DNA of 10,413 bases from Chlamydiota bacterium (GTDB taxonomy: Bacteria; Chlamydiota; Chlamydiia; Chlamydiales; SM23-39), in assembly GCA_048498835.1 (NCBI GenBank), contig JBEHXF010000060.1, positions 1 to 10,413 on the forward strand, in the 5' to 3' direction. Shown one piece after another: positions 8,758 to 10,413 of the stretch. The position numbers and the translations under genes were made by a program. Every line of letters starts with the position of its first letter. Within the stretch, counting starts at the first letter, position 1. Below the pieces are notes generated by a model that ran no database searches, was not told the DNA's origin, and saw only the letters and a list, made by a program, of their open reading frames with translations.

Positions 8758-8786
8758 AGCATATCTCAACAAATCAATTTATGCAA
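8758..8786 (-). promoter_or_regulatory. Candidate sigma70/sigma66-type promoter for the carA operon
   Basis: On the - strand: TTGCAT (8786-8781), exactly 17 nt, TATGCT (8763-8758), then 14 nt to the carA ATG. It lies just outside the left inverted-repeat arm. Confidence 0.45.
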
Positions 8787-8801
8787 ATCGCGAAGAACTT
8801 C

Positions 8802-8882
8802 ACCGCAGAGAATGTGAGTTAGAGAGAAAAATTCACCACAGAGATAGGCCACCACAGAGGCGGGGAAGCCCCGCACCCCAAA
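8802..8882 (+). repeat. Left inverted-repeat arm of the GxxExxY cassette
   Basis: Contains ACCGCAGAGAAT (8802-8813), ACCACAGAGATA (8835-8846) and ACCACAGAGGCGGGGAAGCCCCGCACCCCAAA (8851-8882). Each block has a reverse-complement partner in 9277-9351. Internal hairpin GCGGGG-AAG-CCCCGC at 8860-8874. Confidence 0.93.
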
Positions 8883-8886
8883 AGAA

Positions 8887-9267
8887 TTAGACCTTTATAC
8901 GATGGATTCCTTCTTTCAATATTTTAACATTTAAATTGATTAGAAGGCCGATCTTACAACTTGAAAGTTTCAAATAGGAAAGTAATTGAGCTTCATGAAT
9001 TGGCAATAGCGAGCTGACAGACTTGATCTAAACGATAACTTGATTTTCTATAATCAAGTCTATTCGATATCCGCAATCTAGAATTTTGTTTTTGTAGGAA
9101 ATTGATAAAGGTTTCTGTTGTTCAAATTTCAGACCTTTTAATTCTAGTTCGTATGTCAGACAAGTTTCATAGACAGATTCTAATAATCCGGGGCCTAAAG
9201 CTCGGTGGACTTCAATCGCTGCGCCAATGATTTCACTTGTCAGGGAATCTCTTTGTACTTCAATCAT
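8887..9267 (-). pseudogene. GxxExxY family protein (PD-(D/E)xK nuclease-like) with one in-frame TAG at codon 80
   Basis: IIGAAIEVHRALGPGLLESVYE (GxxExxY) and YRIDLII. After the TAG at 9030-9028 the same frame continues IKSVSSLLPIHEAQLLSYLKLSSCKIGLLINLNVKILKEGIHRIKV to TAA at 8889-8887, which is the typical family C-terminus. Full length is 126 codons plus stop. Confidence 0.9.
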
Positions 9268-9276
9268 TTTTTTCTC

Positions 9277-9351
9277 TTTGGGGTGCGGGGCTTCCCCGCC
9301 TCTGTGGTAGTTTATCTCTGTGGTAAATTTTTTTTCTTTATTCTCTGCGGT
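9277..9351 (-). repeat. Right inverted-repeat arm of the GxxExxY cassette
   Basis: 9277-9308 is the exact reverse complement of 8851-8882 (32 bp). TATCTCTGTGGT (9313-9324) and ATTCTCTGCGGT (9340-9351) pair with the outer left blocks. Hairpin at 9285-9299. Confidence 0.93.
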
Positions 9352-9359
9352 AACATGTT

Positions 9360-10244
9360 TTAGGGAGCGCGGCAGCAGAAGGAGACGGCAGGGTTGCGCA
9401 CGAGCATGGAGGTGGTGGTGAGGGGATGGGACTGGGTGATGGTCGCGAGAGCGGAGAGCCAGTGTGGTTCGAGATTGAGCGCGGGACAGCGATAGGCGTT
9501 GAGTCCATAGGAGCGAAGGGGTGGGAGGTAGAGATGCTCGATTTCATAGAGCGTTTCAATGTGGTCGGAGGTGAAGGAGAGGGGAATGACGACGATGTTC
9601 GGGCGGGACCAGGAGGGGTTATCGCAAAGTTCATTGGTGTAGGGACGGAGCCATTCACCGCGGCCGAACTTAGATTGGTAGGAGAGTTGAGTGGCGGCGA
9701 GGGGAAAAGCGGCGCGGATAAGGTGATAGGAGGCTTCGCATTCCGATTCGTAAGGGTCGCCTTTGCAGGAGAAAGATTGAGGAAGGCCATGAGCGGAGAA
9801 GAGGAGTGTCGTTTGGGATTCGGGAAGGTTGTGAGCGGTGAGGAAGTGGCGGATGTGGTGTTGGAAGGCCGCGATGTAGGCTGGGTGGGTTGCGTAGGAG
9901 TGGATCCAACGGAGTTTGAGGAGTGTGCGGCAAGAGAGGTGTGTGGCGAGGAAGCGGGCGATGCTGCCTGTCGTGGCGTAGGAGAATTGGGGAAAGAGCG
10001 GGAGAACTCGGATGATGGAGGCGGGACAGGCTTCGAGGCGAGCGAGTGAGTCGGCGTGAGTGGCGGGGAGATAGCGGTGAAAGGTGAGTGCGTTGAGGTG
10101 AGAGGCTAGGGCTTCTGTATCGAAATAGATGGGTGAGCGGCCGCCGATGAGCTGATAGTCTTCGGCTAGAGTGAGCGCTCGTTTGCGAGCGATGCGGCCA
10201 AAGAGCCAATTGTGAAGAGGCGTGGGTAGACGGGTTCGGACGAC
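9360..10244 (-). CDS. hemH: Ferrochelatase, 5'-truncated at a junction (absent from the ORF track)
   Basis: Hand translation gives one uninterrupted frame: VVRTRLPTPLHNWLFGRIARKR...GGRSPIYFDTE...FHRYLP...PLFPQFSYATTGS...LLFSAHGLP...GDPYESEC...YQSKFGRGEWLRP...IPLSFTSDHIETLYEIE...FCCRAP, with TAA at 9362-9360. SPIYFDTE and FHRYLP resemble chlamydial HemH. The N-terminal NxGGP motif is missing. Confidence 0.93.
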   Translation of the reverse strand, partial: VVRTRLPTPLHNWLFGRIARKRALTLAEDYQLIGGRSPIYFDTEALASHLNALTFHRYLPATHADSLARLEACPASIIRVLPLFPQFSYATTGSIARFLATHLSCRTLLKLRWIHSYATHPAYIAAFQHHIRHFLTAHNLPESQTTLLFSAHGLPQSFSCKGDPYESECEASYHLIRAAFPLAATQLSYQSKFGRGEWLRPYTNELCDNPSWSRPNIVVIPLSFTSDHIETLYEIEHLYLPPLRSYGLNAYRCPALNLEPHWLSALATITQSHPLTTTSMLVRNPAVSFCCRAP

Positions 10245-10247
10245 TCT

Positions 10248-10413
10248 TTGGTGGATAAGCCGTTTGACGAGCCGGGGTGGTTGTATGAAATCAAATGGGA
10301 CGGCTATCGGGCGATCGCATTGTGCGACAGGAAGGAGCTGAATATTATTTCGCGCAACAATAAATCGTTCAACGAAAAATTTTACCCTGTTTACCAGGCG
10401 GTGAAGGAGTGGG
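10248..10413 (+). CDS. ligD: Internal fragment of an ATP-dependent DNA ligase (LigD-type ligase domain)
   Basis: Reads LVDKPFDEPGWLYEIKWDGYRAIALCDRKELNIISRNNKSFNEKFYPVYQAVKEW, including nucleotidyltransferase motif I KxDG (Lys at 10293-10295) and SRN. The expected preceding PMLAT is absent, and the frame runs off the window end. Confidence 0.85.
   Translation, partial: MVDKPFDEPGWLYEIKWDGYRAIALCDRKELNIISRNNKSFNEKFYPVYQAVKEW

Larger units (their letters stand above)
8802..9351. mobile_element. Putative inverted-repeat-bounded GxxExxY cassette (candidate selfish or mobile element)
   Basis: A single AT-rich nuclease-fold gene enclosed by long inverted arms, 4 nt from the stop and 9 nt from the start, lying between hemH and carA. 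No transposase or clear target-site duplication is visible, so mobility is inferred only. Confidence 0.5.

Noticed and set aside
8860..8874. GC hairpin (and its copy at 9285-9299) as a rho-independent terminator
   Set aside because: No U-tract immediately follows the stem in either orientation. It is better explained as part of the repeat arm.
9028..9030. Genome-wide TAG reassignment or pyrrolysine recoding
   Set aside because: No other gene here ends in TAG, but the long genes (carB, carA, pyrB, hemH) contain no in-frame TAG either, and the position requires Glu. A point mutation or sequencing error is simpler.
8802..9351. Classical IS element or CRISPR array
   Set aside because: There is no DDE or HUH transposase and no target-site duplication is visible (left flank ...GAACTTC, right flank AACATG...). 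The repeats are inverted, not direct with spacers.
9338..10209. Track ORFs 9338..9790 (-), 9670..10209 (-) and 9426..10049 (+), rich in Pro/Ser/His/Arg or Gly/Glu
   Set aside because: They are shadow frames of the real hemH frame, kept open by the extreme C/G skew, and have no recognisable motifs.
9360..10244. hemH as a frameshifted pseudogene
   Set aside because: Hand translation shows one continuous frame. It was missed only because it has no start codon near its 5' end.

Overview
The window is most likely from an environmental Chlamydiota genome; this is inferred from the chlamydial-type ferrochelatase motifs. The + strand carries the 3' end of an autotransporter beta-barrel gene, then a signal-peptide-bearing prolyl 4-hydroxylase and an ExoV/GumL-like polysaccharide pyruvyltransferase. 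A convergent, translationally coupled - strand operon carA-carB-GT9-pyrB-pyrI follows, with a family 9 glycosyltransferase embedded among the pyrimidine genes. Upstream of carA is a compact ~550 bp cassette: an AT-rich GxxExxY (PD-(D/E)xK-type) gene tightly enclosed by ~75-80 bp inverted arms. The arms share a perfect 32 bp core, contain a GC hairpin and carry three ACC(A/G)CAGAG sub-repeats each. The gene has one in-frame TAG exactly at the expected catalytic Glu, and local GC skew flips sharply across the cassette. Next is a ferrochelatase (hemH) frame missed by the ORF track, whose 5' end is replaced at ~10245 by a + strand fragment of a LigD-type DNA ligase, probably a chimeric junction.
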